64,000 bases of DNA from Squalus acanthias (lineage: Eukaryota), in NCBI GenBank assembly GCA_030390025.1, contig CM059432.1, forward strand, positions 46,192,001 through 46,256,000, in the 5' to 3' direction. The position numbers were made by a program, and so were the translations under genes. Under the pieces are notes generated by a model. The model made no database searches. It saw only the letters and a program-made list of their open reading frames with translations, and was not told where the DNA came from. This document shows positions 25,214 through 36,455 of the stretch, one piece after another; the stretch's first letter is position 1; each line of letters begins with the position of its first letter.

Positions 25214-27089
25214 ATGGAGAGGGTGAGAGAACGCGCTCATCGCTTCACCGAGCGGGCCTTGGATGCTCTGGTTGGCGCAGTGGAGCGCAGACGATGCATG
25301 CTGTTCCCGGAGAGTGGCAGGAGGCCTTTGCCACGCGAGTTCAGAAGAGTGTGGAGGGAGGTGGCTCAGAGCGTCTCCTCCAGGAGCATGGTGCCCAGGA
25401 CCCATGTTCAGTGCCGCAAAAAATTCAACGACCTCACTCGGGTCGTCAGGGTGAGTGGCTTTTTCTCAATACCTCTCCATCCCTCCATCTCAACCTCACT
25501 ATATGGCCAGAGGGTCTTAAAACCCCAATGCACAACACTCATGCAACACCTATGGCCCTTTCATCAAACACACACACACATTCCACACTTTGCATACAGT
25601 AAGGGCTATTCACCTATGGGAGGCACATCAGGCAAGACCATGGCTGCATATTGTAAGGGCTATTCACCTATGGGAGGCACATCAGGCAAGACCATGGCTG
25701 CATATTGTAAGGGCTATTCACCTATGGGAGGCACATCAGGCAAGACCATGGCTGTATATTTACTCAGATGCTGTCCTTTTTCTTGCAGGCTAAGCTGGCT
25801 CATAATCGGAGACAGCAGCAACGGACGGGTGGAGGGCGGCTTCAGCTGCAACCCCTCAGCGATCTGGAGGAGCGCGTCCACAGGATTGTGGCAAGCCGGG
25901 TGATCGGTCCCGTCGCCACTGGGGACGCCGACCCCGTTGTGGACAGCAATGGTAAGGTCATCACCTTTTTGTCCTCTGTCCTTCCACTTGTCCCTCACAA
26001 TACCAGCCTTTGACACTTTCAATCCAACTTGCTAACTCGCTGCACTTATTCCTCCCTTACTGCCACCCTGTCCTCACGCTAAAGCCACTCTTGTACCTCC
26101 CTGCTTTCAGATGGTGATTCACCAGCTGAGGAGATGGTCCCTGAAGCTGCCACTGGGAGTGATGCTGCAGCTGAGGAGGAAGAGGAAGCCGGAGCATCAG
26201 TGCCACCCTCTCCCGAGGAAGCCCATGGCCACACTGGGAACACGCCTTCCCCGGAGGGGAGCAGGGGGGAAGGGGCTGATGATGGTGAAGCTCCAGGACC
26301 CAGCGGGCTGCAGCAACGCCATGGGGGGGGAGGGAAGAACGGGAGCCTTCTCCCCAGAGGGAGAGTATGCCAGACACTCCTACTGCAATGGACGCAGAGG
26401 AGGAGCGGCTGATTGCAGAAATGAACAGCCAGGCGGTGGGCATGCACACTGAGCTCATGGGTGCAGTGGGAAGGGTGCCCGAATGCATTGAGGCACTGGC
26501 AAGGAGTGTGGAGCACTTCGCTGTAGCACAGGCGGATGCCACACTAAAGCTTAGTGCTGCAATTCAGTCACTGGCTGCCAGGAACCCATCTGAGACTGCT
26601 CTCATGCAGACTCAGATTGAGGCCACGTGAGCACTGACTGCTGCCATCCTCGATGGTTCGTGCACATGTCCCCAGGGCTGTCACCGCGCCGCAGCAGGCC
26701 AGCAATCTGTTCTCCGGCAAATTGCTCCGGATGCTGAAGTGCTGCCCCGTGGGAGTGCCAGTGTGTCGGGCGAGCAGGGAGTTGCTGTCCTCTCTCACGA
26801 TGACAGCATTCCTGCTGCCAACACTGTCACTTCTCCCCTGCACTTGCCACCGCCTGTAGGACAGACTGCTGCCGCCCATGCGGAGTTGGTGCAGTCTGCA
26901 GCCGGGCCCTCCAGGCCCAGAAGTGGTCGAGGCCGTCCTTCAGGGGCATCTGCAGTGTCAGGGTCTGACGAGCAGCAGCCTTCCACCAGCCTTGCTGCAG
27001 CCACTGAGGTCCCATTACGGAGGAGCAGTAGGGTTAGAAGGGGGGAAGTGCGCAAGGGAAGGAGATCACCCTCGAAGGGCAAAAAGTAG
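25214..27089 (+). pseudogene. Harbinger Myb/SANT-like DNA-binding gene; exons 25214-25450, 25789-25951, 26111-27089; frameshift and stop in exon 3
   Basis: RFTERALDAL...WREVAQSVS...RTHVQCRKKFNDL; GT-AG introns with matching phases (0 and 1); frame break near 26325-26365 and TGA at 26628. Confidence 0.8.
25599..25760. repeat. Tandem repeat, 54 bp x3, in Myb-gene intron 1
   Basis: Units start at 25599, 25653 and 25707 (GTAAGGGCTATTCACCTATGGGAGG...). Confidence 0.95.
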
Positions 27090-27383
27090 GAGGTGTGCCA
27101 AAATGCTGGTCATTTTTTTATTAAAGGCCGAGGTTCATGGCCCAACTTTTGTTTAGTGTTTTGGACATTATCTCCAGGTTGTGAGAACCAGTTATGTTAT
27201 TGACTGTTTTTTTGTGTTTATTTCTATGAGTTTGTCATGAGGAATTGACACACACAGAGTTTGTACAATAAATAAGTTTCTGTATTCAAAATATACATGG
27301 CTGGTGGTTGGAATTATTGGTGCCTTGGCCGGCTTAGGGGTTGCGTGCTGGGTTGATTCGTGTTTGTAGCAATGGCAGGGGCC

Positions 27384-28544
27384 CTAGAAGCGGCTTGCTA
27401 TTAGTCGTTGACGGACGGCCCTTGCAGTTTGACCATTGTGGGCCGCCCTCCTGCCTTGGTGCTGCTGCTGATCATCGTCCTCGTCCTGTTCCTCCTCTTC
27501 CTCCTCCTCCTCTTGTGGTGCTGCAAGGCCTGGTGGCATTGGCTGCGTCCTGAGGATTGCCATGTTGTGCAACATGCAGCACACGACTACGAAGTTCGAA
27601 ACTTGCTCAGGCGAGTACTGCAGGGCTCCTCCGGAATGGTCCAGACAGCGGAATCGTTGTTTCAGCACGCCGATTGTGCGCTCAATAATGTTCCTGGTTG
27701 CTTGATGGCTTTCCTGGTACCGCAGCTCAGCAGGGGTGTTTGGCGCACGGAGCGGTGTCATCAGCCAGGTGCTCAATGCGTACCCCTTGTCCCCCAGAAG
27801 CCAACCAACTGGCTGATGCGGTGCCTCGAAAATTTCTGCCACAGTACTCTGGCGCAGGATGAAAGCATCGTGGCAGCTGCCCGGATAGTGGGCATTGACA
27901 GCGAGAATCACCTGTCTGTGGTCACAGACCAACTGCACATTCAAGGAATGGAACCCCTTTCTGTTCCGGAACTCCTCTGCATTCTCTCGCGGAGCACGCA
28001 AAGCCACATGCGTGCAGTCAATGGCGCCCTGCACCATGGGGAAGCCCGCTACCCTCGCAAAGCCCATAGCACGGTCATGCTGCTTGTCTGGGGTCATAGG
28101 GAAGGAGATGAAGTCTCGTCTCCTTCTGAAGAGGGCATTGGTGACCTGCCGGATGCAGCGATGCACCGCAAACTGGGAGATATTGGCGAGGTCCCCAACA
28201 GCAGCTTGGAATGAGCCAGTGGCGTAGAAGTTCAAAGCCACTGTGACCTTCACTGCCACCGACAGAGACGTCCTGGACCTCAGCTGAGGCTGCAGATCTG
28301 GCTGCAGCAGGTGGCAGAGCTCAGTGACCACCTCCTTGCTGAATCGCAGCCTTCGCAAACACAGCTCCTCGGACATATGGATGTAGGAGAGCTGTTCACG
28401 ATATACCCTGGGAGGGTAAGCTCTCCTGTACATGCGCCTGATGGCCCTCCTCCGTCTGGCCATCATTGCCACTCTCTGTCTGCGTCTCACTATCCTCCGA
28501 TTGAGCTGGAGCAGGACGACGCCCCCAATCATTGCAGCCCCCAT
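27384..28544 (-). CDS. Harbinger DDE transposase (HARBI1-like), intact 386 aa ORF
   Basis: [58 protein letters not shown]. Confidence 0.93.
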   Translation of the reverse strand: MGAAMIGGVVLLQLNRRIVRRRQRVAMMARRRRAIRRMYRRAYPPRVYREQLSYIHMSEELCLRRLRFSKEVVTELCHLLQPDLQPQLRSRTSLSVAVKVTVALNFYATGSFQAAVGDLANISQFAVHRCIRQVTNALFRRRRDFISFPMTPDKQHDRAMGFARVAGFPMVQGAIDCTHVALRAPRENAEEFRNRKGFHSLNVQLVCDHRQVILAVNAHYPGSCHDAFILRQSTVAEIFEAPHQPVGWLLGDKGYALSTWLMTPLRAPNTPAELRYQESHQATRNIIERTIGVLKQRFRCLDHSGGALQYSPEQVSNFVVVCCMLHNMAILRTQPMPPGLAAPQEEEEEEEEQDEDDDQQQHQGRRAAHNGQTARAVRQRLIASRF

Positions 28545-29469
28545 ATTCTCTTTGCCAGAAAAGTAATGAGGTGTAGCAACTAAAGTAGCAGCAAAGTTAG
28601 GATGAACTAGGCCAAACTACCTCACAAAGCGTTGAGTCAATGTAGAAGTCTCTCTCTCTCTCTCTCTCCGAATCTCTCTCTCTCTCTCAGAACGAGTGGT
28701 GCATAAATGTCGACCACAGAAAAAGACAGGAAGAGGCCCCCTTTAAATAGCGCCCCCCCCAGCCCCACACCGATTGATAACGTTCCAGTCTTCCGGTCGT
28801 TGGAAGCGCCAGGCGGTAAGGCAGGGGGCGCCACTCAATTTCCACTCCGGGGCGCCCCAAGGGCGTTGCACCATGGAATGACGTCACAATCTGCGCGCGC
28901 AGGTGGTCGCAGTGGTAAGTTTTAGCGCCGCCGCACAATCTCAAGTTAAGTTCTCGAGCGGCGCAAACAGCGCTGTGCCCGGGCGTTAGCGGCTTAACGC
29001 CCCATTAGCGCCCTCTTAAGGCGCTAACGGGAGGTGCAACCAACTGAATTTTTCCCCCCAACAGTTTTATTTGAAAGCTTGTGATTTCAAATAAAACTGT
29101 TGGACTATAACCTGGTGTTGTGCGACTTCTCATTAAATATTCAGGCAATTTTTGAGTATTTATCTTTAAGAATTCCAACCCATTATATAACTCTTACCAA
29201 CATGCAAAGCAATTACAGTTGTCTTACTTTCTCCCTTCATCAAACCATCTAGCATAAATTTGTGCCCATAATCGGAGTCCTTGGAAAACTCAGTCGCCTT
29301 ATTACTTACCTTTAGATTTACTTTAATCTGTTTGGAGGTTGCTGTAACTCTGTCCATCCTCCCCTTTTGGGGTTTGCGAGTAGGTTTCCAGTAGCAGAGG
29401 TAAAGATATCAGATGAACTAGTGAGAAAAAGGGAATTGTTCTCAGAAACCTGTGAATAGTTATTTTTTT

Positions 29470-32400
29470 TTTAATTCATTTTTTTGGATCCAGGCATCGC
29501 TGGCAAGGCCAGCATTTATTGCCCATCACTAGTTGCCCTTGAGAAGGTGGTGGTGATCTGCCATCTTGAAACGCTGCAGTCCGTGTGGTGAAGGTACTCC
29601 CACAGTGCTGTTAGGTAGGGGGTTCCAGGATTTTGACCCAGCAACGATGAAGGATCGGCGATATACTTCTAAGTCAGGATGGAGTGTGACTTGGAGGGGA
29701 ACTTGGAGGTGGTGATGTTCCCATGCGCCAGCTGCCCTTGTCCATCTAGGTGGAAGAGATCGTGGGTTTGGGATGCGCTGCCGAAGAAGCCTTGGTGAGT
29801 TGCTGCAGTGCATCTTGTAGATGGTACACACTGCAGCCACGGTACACCGGTGGTGGAGGGAGTGAATATTTAAGGTGGTAGATGGGGTGCCATTCAAGTG
29901 GGCTACTTTGTCCCGGATGGTGTCCTTGATTGTTGTTGGAGCTGCACTCATCCAGGCAAGTGGAGAGTATTCCATCACACTCCTTACTTGTGCCTTGTAG
30001 ATGGTGGAAAGGCTTTGGGGAGTCAGGAGGTGAGACACTTGCCACAGAATACCTAGCCTCTGACCTGCTCTTGTTGCCACAGTATTTATGTGGCTGGTCC
30101 AGTTAAGGTTCTGATCAATGGTGACCCCCAGGATGTTGATGGTGGGGGATTCGGCCATGGTAATGCCGTTGAATGTCAAGTGGAGGTGGTTAGACTCTCA
30201 CTTGTTGGAGATAGTCATTGCCTGGCACTTGTGTGGCGCGAATGTTACCTGCCACTTATCAGCCCAAACCTGAATGTCATCCAGGTCTTGTTGCATGCGG
30301 GCAGGAACTGCTTCATTATCTGAGGAGTTGTGAATGGCGCTGAACACTGTGCAGTCATCAGCAAACAGCCCCATTTCTGACCTTATGTTGGAGGGTAGGT
30401 CATTGATGAAGCAGCTGAAGATGGTTGGGCCGAGGACACTGCCCTGAGGAACTCCTGCAGCGATGTCCTGGGGCTGTGATGATTGACCTTCAACCACCAC
30501 AACCATCTTCCTTTGTGCTAGGTATGACTCCAGCCAGTGGAGCGTTTCCCGCCCCCCCGATTCCCATTGACTTCAGTTTTACTAGGGCTCCTTGATGCCA
30601 CATTCGGTCAAATACTGCCTTGATGTCAAGGGCAGTCACTTTCACCTCACCTCTGGAATTCAGCTCTTTTGTCCCATGTTTGGACCAAGGCTGTAATGAG
30701 GTCGTGAGCCGAGTGGTCTTAGCAGAACCCAAACTGGGCATCAGTGTCACTTTATGGCACTGTCGATGACACCTTCCATCACTTTGCTGATGATTGAGAG
30801 TCGACTGATGGGGTGGTACTTGGCCGGGTTGGATTTGTTCTGCTTTTTGTGGACAGGACATACCTGGGCAGTTTTCTACATTGTTGGATAGATGCCAGTG
30901 TTATAGCTGTACTGGAACAGCTTGGCTGGAGGCGCAGCTAGTTCTGGAGCACAGGTCTTCAGCATGATAGCCAGGATGTTGTCGGGGCCCATCGCCTTTG
31001 CTGTATCCAATGCGCTCAGCCATTTCTTGATATCACGTGGAGTGAATCGAATTGGCTGAAGACTGGCTTCTGTGATGGTGGGGACCTCAGGTGTAGGCCA
31101 ATGTGGATCATCCACTGGGCACTTCTGGCTGAAGATGGTTGCAAACGCTTCAGCCTTGTCGTTTGCACTCACGTGCTGGGCTCCACCATCATTGAGGATG
31201 GAGATATTCATGGAGCCTCCTCCTCCCGTTAGTTGTTTAATGGTCCACCACCATTCATGACTGGATGTGGCAGGACTGCAGAGCTTTGATCTGATCCGTT
31301 GATTGTGGGATCGCTTAGCCCTGTCTATAGCATGCTGCTTCCGCTTTTTAGCATGCATGTAGTCCTGTGTTGCAGCTCCCCCAGGTTGGCACCACATTTT
31401 TAGGTATGCCTGGTGCTGCTCCTGGCATGCTCTTCTACACTCCTTATTGAACCAGGGTTGGTCTCATGGTACTGGTAGAGTGAGGGACATCCCAGGCCAT
31501 GAGGTTACAGATTAAGGTGGAATACAATTCTGCTGCTGCCCCGCAGCGTCTCATGGATGCCCAGTTTTGAGCTGCTAGATCTGTTCTGAATCTATCCCAT
31601 TTAGCACGGTGGTAGTGCCACACAACACGATGGAGGGTGTCCTCAGTATGAAGACAGGACTTCGTCTCCACAATGACTGTGCGGTGGTTACTGCTCCCAA
31701 TACTGTTATGGACAGATACATCTGCGACAGGTAGATTGGTGAGGACGAGGTCAAGTAGGTTTTTCCCTCATGTTGGTTCTCTCACCACCTGTCGCAGGCC
31801 CAGACTGGCAATTATGTCCTTCAGGACTCAGCCAGCTCGGTCAGTAGTGGTGCTACATTCTGTGCCCTTGCTGCTCTCAGTTCTTCTTCCAAGTGGTGTT
31901 CAACATGGAGGAGTACTGATTCATCAGCTGAGGGAGGGCAGTAGGTGGTTTCCTTGTCCATGAAACCATGAGACTTCATGGGGTCCGGAGTCAATGTTGA
32001 GGACTCCCAGGGCCACTCCTTCCCGACTGTATACCACTGTGCCACAACATACCCAGGGATGGTGATGGAGGAGTTTGGGACATTGGCTGAAAGGTATGAT
32101 TCTGTGAGTAGGACTATGTCAGGCTGTTGCTTGACTAGTCTGTGGGACAGCTCTCCCAATTTTGGCACAAGTCCCCTGATGTTGGTGAGGAGGACTTTGC
32201 AGGGTCGACTGGGCTGGGTGTGCCGTTGCCGGTGCCAAGTGGTCCATCCAGTTTCATTCTTATTATTGTGTTTCGTCGTGGTTTGTTACAATTGAGTGGC
32301 TTGCTAGGCCATTTCAGAGGGCAATTAAGAGTCAACCACATTGCTGTGGGTCTGGAGTCACATATAGGTAAGGACAACAGATTTCCTTCCCTAAAGGACA

Positions 32401-32553
32401 TTAGTGAACCAGATGGGTTTTTACGAAAGTAGTTTCATTTATTTAATTAACTGAATTTAAATTCCCCAGCTGCCGTGGTGGGATTTGAACTCACGCCTCT
32501 GGATCATTAATCCAGGCTTAGCCCAGTGACATTACCACTACACTACCATTCCC
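29470..32553 (-). mobile_element. Decayed CR1/L2-group LINE (APE + RT) with a tRNA/Deu SINE-like 5' end
   Basis: Fragments PDIVLLTES (APE), ALDIKAVFD, GVPQGSVLGP, LFADD, KAQVRSVMEYSP; A box near 32535-32545 and B box GAGTTCAAATCC at 32481-32492 on the minus strand. Confidence 0.85.
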
Positions 32554-33607
32554 CACTTGTTTTGACTCAAAACAAGCAAGTGATTATTAGTATTATAGAA
32601 CTGCTATGTAAATTTGATCTAGCCACTGGGGCAATGAAGTTGCTGCATACCTGCAAAGGTAAGTGTCAAAATCAACCGAGTAGTTTAAGTTTTGTTTCCC
32701 TATAAAGTTTAGACAGTTCTATTTCCAAGAAAGCAATTTTTGTATATTTAGAACAGGTATAGACATCACAAAGCCCCCTTTTAACCCCCTCCCTTTCCAA
32801 TAGAACATTAAATGGATACATACTACAGTCACTGGGCTGGAGTTTTTTTAGCCTTTTCTGTTAACTTCATGGCCATAATCTTCACTTGAAAGTGCTGTCT
32901 AGAAAAAAAGAGAGACAGAGGGAGAAAATACCCACCGAACTCCCAAAAAGGTCTGTATAAAGGTTAACGTGGACTAAGGAGAAGGAAGGTGATTAGGGCA
33001 ATGCACCACAAGCTGTGCACATTGCTGTCTGGGATGCCAGGGATGCCCTGATTATTGCGAGGTTCACTTAGGTTCCACCAGTGGATCCATCTCACAACCA
33101 AATGCAACAGTCACTTTTCTGCCCCCTCCCCAATGCCAGTAACACAAAGCAATCCTGCAAACAACCAAACACCCCTTTCTTGTCCCCCGATTGGTCGCTG
33201 TCAATTCATGTCTTCCTTTCATCATCAAACAACTTAAAAGGTCACTTGTCAGCCAGCAACCAAGAATGATTAAGATGAGAAAGTTGCAAAACAATAATAT
33301 TTATCTGCTTCAAGTAAAGAACAGAAACTTAACAACATAACAGTGTGAAAGACACCTAAGTGCATACCCTGGTGCAACTACAAATCTTTAATCTTCCCTT
33401 TCCTAGAGCTCCTACGTGGTGCAACCCCTGTGGCTTCAGCAGAGGTAGAGGCAGTCTGCTCAGATCCCTGCTCTGACTGTTGAGATGCTCTTGGCTGATG
33501 TCCTCTGGGTTTGGAGCTCATGAGTCCGCCAAAAACTGTCCCATCTGCAACTGTGCAGGGGAGACTCAGCCAACAGGAGACAAGGCAGCATGTCAGGTAC
33601 TGACTGA

Positions 33608-34542
33608 TGAAAGGATTCGCAAAATTTCATGTGTCCTCCCCGAAGATTTTTGTTGGACTTTTTAATAAGGAACCCTGGTCTGACTGAGTTTTAAAATCCA
33701 GGGCATAAAATGGCTGCGGTCAGACCTCGTGACCAAGAGCCTTTCAGACGCTGGCAAACTATCAGCTTGTGTATTCCGATGCAATGGGGACAAACCCAAT
33801 CAGGTCTACGCATAAGGCTTTCAAGGTGTTTGCTCAAATAATCAGCGGGGACATTGAGACTGGGCTGGCCCATCATCGAACCAGTCGGACAAAGGGGAGC
33901 AGTTGAAGAACTGGTATGATACAATTAACCTTTTGTTAAAATTCATCATGCCCAGATCAGACAATAGAAATGAGCTGATCTGAAGGGGGATTAGGACGAC
34001 CGCGAGGGTATAACTGGGAAGACCCAGCCCCTCTCTCTCTCTCTCTCTCTCTCTGCCTGGATCCCGGTTCACCCTGCCTGTCTGCCAGCAGCCAAGAAAG
34101 AAGACCAGAAACTTCATAGCCACGTTTCGACGGCAGAAACAGGGTACAAGGCCAGGCTTTTCCATCCATTTCACCGGTGAGCATTATCTTCTTCTGGCTG
34201 TCGCAAGACAATTTTAGTTAGGCATAAGGGTGGGAATTAATGGGGATATTGCTAAAATTGTAATTTTAGGATTTTCCCTCGATGTGTCCGTTCTCCTCCC
34301 ATGTTAAGTGTAAAACCGTCTTCATATGATACTGTTTCTCTGTAGTTTTACTTCTGTAAATAAACATTGGTTTTCCTCGCACCAATCCACGGGTCTGTTT
34401 GTTTGTCCTTATCGCCGCTCGATAAGTCCTGGGCTCAGAACTAGGAAGGGGATAGCAATTCGCAACCACACAATGGGCAGGACAGCTCAGGAAAACATAA
34501 CTGGCTGACCTACAAATAAGCCCGAGACAAAAACCCCTTACA
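33608..34542 (+). repeat. E2 5' LTR
   Basis: TGAAAGG...CCCCTTACA; TATAA near 34009, (CT)n tract, AATAAA 34359-34364; near-identical to 43641-44568. Confidence 0.95.
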
Positions 34543-34546
34543 GAAA

Positions 34547-34563
34547 TGGCGAACCAGGTAGGA
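34547..34563 (+). promoter_or_regulatory. E2 primer-binding site (imperfect, tRNA-Ser-like ends)
   Basis: TGGCGAACCAGGTAGGA, 4 nt after the LTR. Confidence 0.5.
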
Positions 34564-34617
34564 ACCCAGGTGAAAGCGTGTGATAAGGCAGACCGTGTTG
34601 CGGAGGAGGAATCCGCA

Positions 34618-36455
34618 ATGGAGCAAAGATTATCTATCTATGTGTGCGGCAAAGTTAATATCGCAAAAAAATGGGTGTGCGATATGTTAAAAGCCGAGCG
34701 CCCCCTAGATGCAGCTGCCCAGTGGACAGCAAGTAAAGAGTACAGGAGAGGTATTGAAAAAGCGGTCTGGCTCATGTGTTTGAAAAAGCAGGTTTTAGTG
34801 TTAGACCGTGCTGTTGCAACACGGGCAGCCAAGATCAAACAGTTGACCCGAGAGCTGCAGGAAAAGACTGCAGCGGAGGAGAAAGTAGTAGTGGCCCTCC
34901 AGGCAGTAAGCCAAGAGAGGGCACAGACGGCACGGGACCATCAGGCTGAGTTAGAGTGTATGAGGGCCCGGGCCGTTGAAGCTCAAAGGGAACACCAGGC
35001 AAAGTCAGAGCGCCTGGAAGACCGGATCGCTGAGCTCAAAAGTAGCGCTAGGCACAGGATGGAACACCTGGAATACCAGGTCAGAGAGGCGAGAGGTAGT
35101 GAGGTTAGGTTAATGGACAAGATTTCCAGCCTCACGCAAGAGTTGAAAGAGCAGGAGGAGAAAGTAGGCGAAGTAAAAGCAGCATATAAGCTGGCTTGTG
35201 CCCAGGGGTTTGAAGACACAGACCACGGCCCCTGCAGGCAAGAAATAGAAAGCTTGGGTATGGCCTTAGTAAGGGCGAAGGGCATGGTATGCCTCATTAG
35301 CCCAAAGATGGGCCAGTTGGATTTTACCAGCAACCCAAGCAGGGAAGTCCCACAGGCAGCTCCCAGAAAGGCACTGGTTAGGGAATCAGAGGTTTCGCGA
35401 CCGCCACCCATAGCCTCGAGTTTTCAGGAGGCCTGGCAGCAAGGTGGGGTGGAGGATGGAGCATTAGGGGAGATCCAGCAGGCCCTAGGGGATAAACCTG
35501 GTCCGGGACCAGTGTACCCCTTCCGACAACGGAGGTACAGCCCGCCAGCCGATGGCGAGGACCTAGGGGCCATCCAGAACCAGTTTGTAGTGCCGCATGG
35601 TACCCAACAGCTCAGAGCCATGGTTGGACACATCCCTAAGCTCACAGTGAGGGGGGACCCCTCTCTACATTTCCGGGAGATAGAGCAGGCAGCATCCGTT
35701 AATGACTGCAATGAGGCAGAACAAGCAAAAATGCTGCTGTTCTCTCTGGGTAGTGATCTCCTCCAAACCCTATCGGATGAGTGTAAGAAGGGACAGAAAG
35801 ATTACGAGGAGTTAAGGGATGAGATATTGAAGGCCATGGGACTAAATGATGGGAGTCCGTTCGCCCGAGTGGAAAAAATGGTATAGCTCCCCGGGGAGTC
35901 CCCGCAGGCATTCGCAGACAGGCTGTGGCCAGTCTACCAGAGCGCATGCCCGGAACGCCAGTGCGGACGTTCCTCAACAGAGACCAATTGGCCCACTGGC
36001 TCCGTTGTCTCATGACAAACTGCCTGCCCCAAATCCGAGCCCAGGCTGCGGCCTGGTTTGACCCCCGAAACCCCCAGACCACCGAAGAAACGGTGATCCG
36101 CCAGCTCACGGTAGCATTTAGAAATAACGGGAGGGGAATTGAGATGCCCCAGCCCAAAGGGAAAGTCCACGAGGTTAAACCTGGGGGCCAGAATAAGAAA
36201 GAGTGGCACCAGGAGGGAAACCGTCCCTCCTAGAATAAGTTAAACTGCTATGGCTGCGGGAAGGACGGCCACTGGCGCAAAGATTGCAAAAACCCCTGGA
36301 AGGACACCAAGGGAAAGAGCTCCACATCTCCAGGCCCAAAGGTAGACACTGGGACCCCCACAGTAGAGAGCGTTCTAGAATCACTGCGGGTTCTCCTGGT
36401 CAGTCAGGGGAAGATAGCAGTTCCCTCAGCCCCCTCTGACGATGCCCCGCAATGA
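34618..36455 (+). pseudogene. gag: E2 gag (long coiled coil, capsid-like region, CCHC knuckle)
   Basis: MEQRLSIY aligns with E1 MEDRISS; frameshift near 35930, stops at 35884 and 36231; CYGCGKDGHWRKDC at about 36246-36287. Confidence 0.88.

Larger units (their letters stand above)
24857..29058. mobile_element. Full-length PIF/Harbinger DNA transposon
   Basis: Imperfect TIRs GGGGTAGAAATTAGGTCG / CAACTGAATTTTTCCCCC; 3-bp flanks CAA / AAA; convergent Myb-like and transposase genes. Confidence 0.92.
24797..29132. mobile_element. Penelope-like hairpin remnant split by a Harbinger insertion
   Basis: 11-bp TSD TTAAATATTCA (24786-24796 / 29133-29143); same terminal sequence as 22430-22504. Confidence 0.8.

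Noticed and set aside
25599..25760. CRISPR-like array or repeat protein
   Set aside because: Head-to-tail units without spacers, eukaryotic context, located in an intron.
27408..28214. 268-aa plus-strand ORF
   Set aside because: Antisense shadow of the GC-rich transposase; the hydrophobic run mirrors its poly-Glu tract.
32481..32550. tRNA gene
   Set aside because: A/B boxes only, no full cloverleaf; it continues into SINE/LINE sequence.
34546..34617. Upstream ATG as the E2 gag start
   Set aside because: It overlaps the PBS and is not conserved in E1; the ATG at 34618 aligns with E1 13228.
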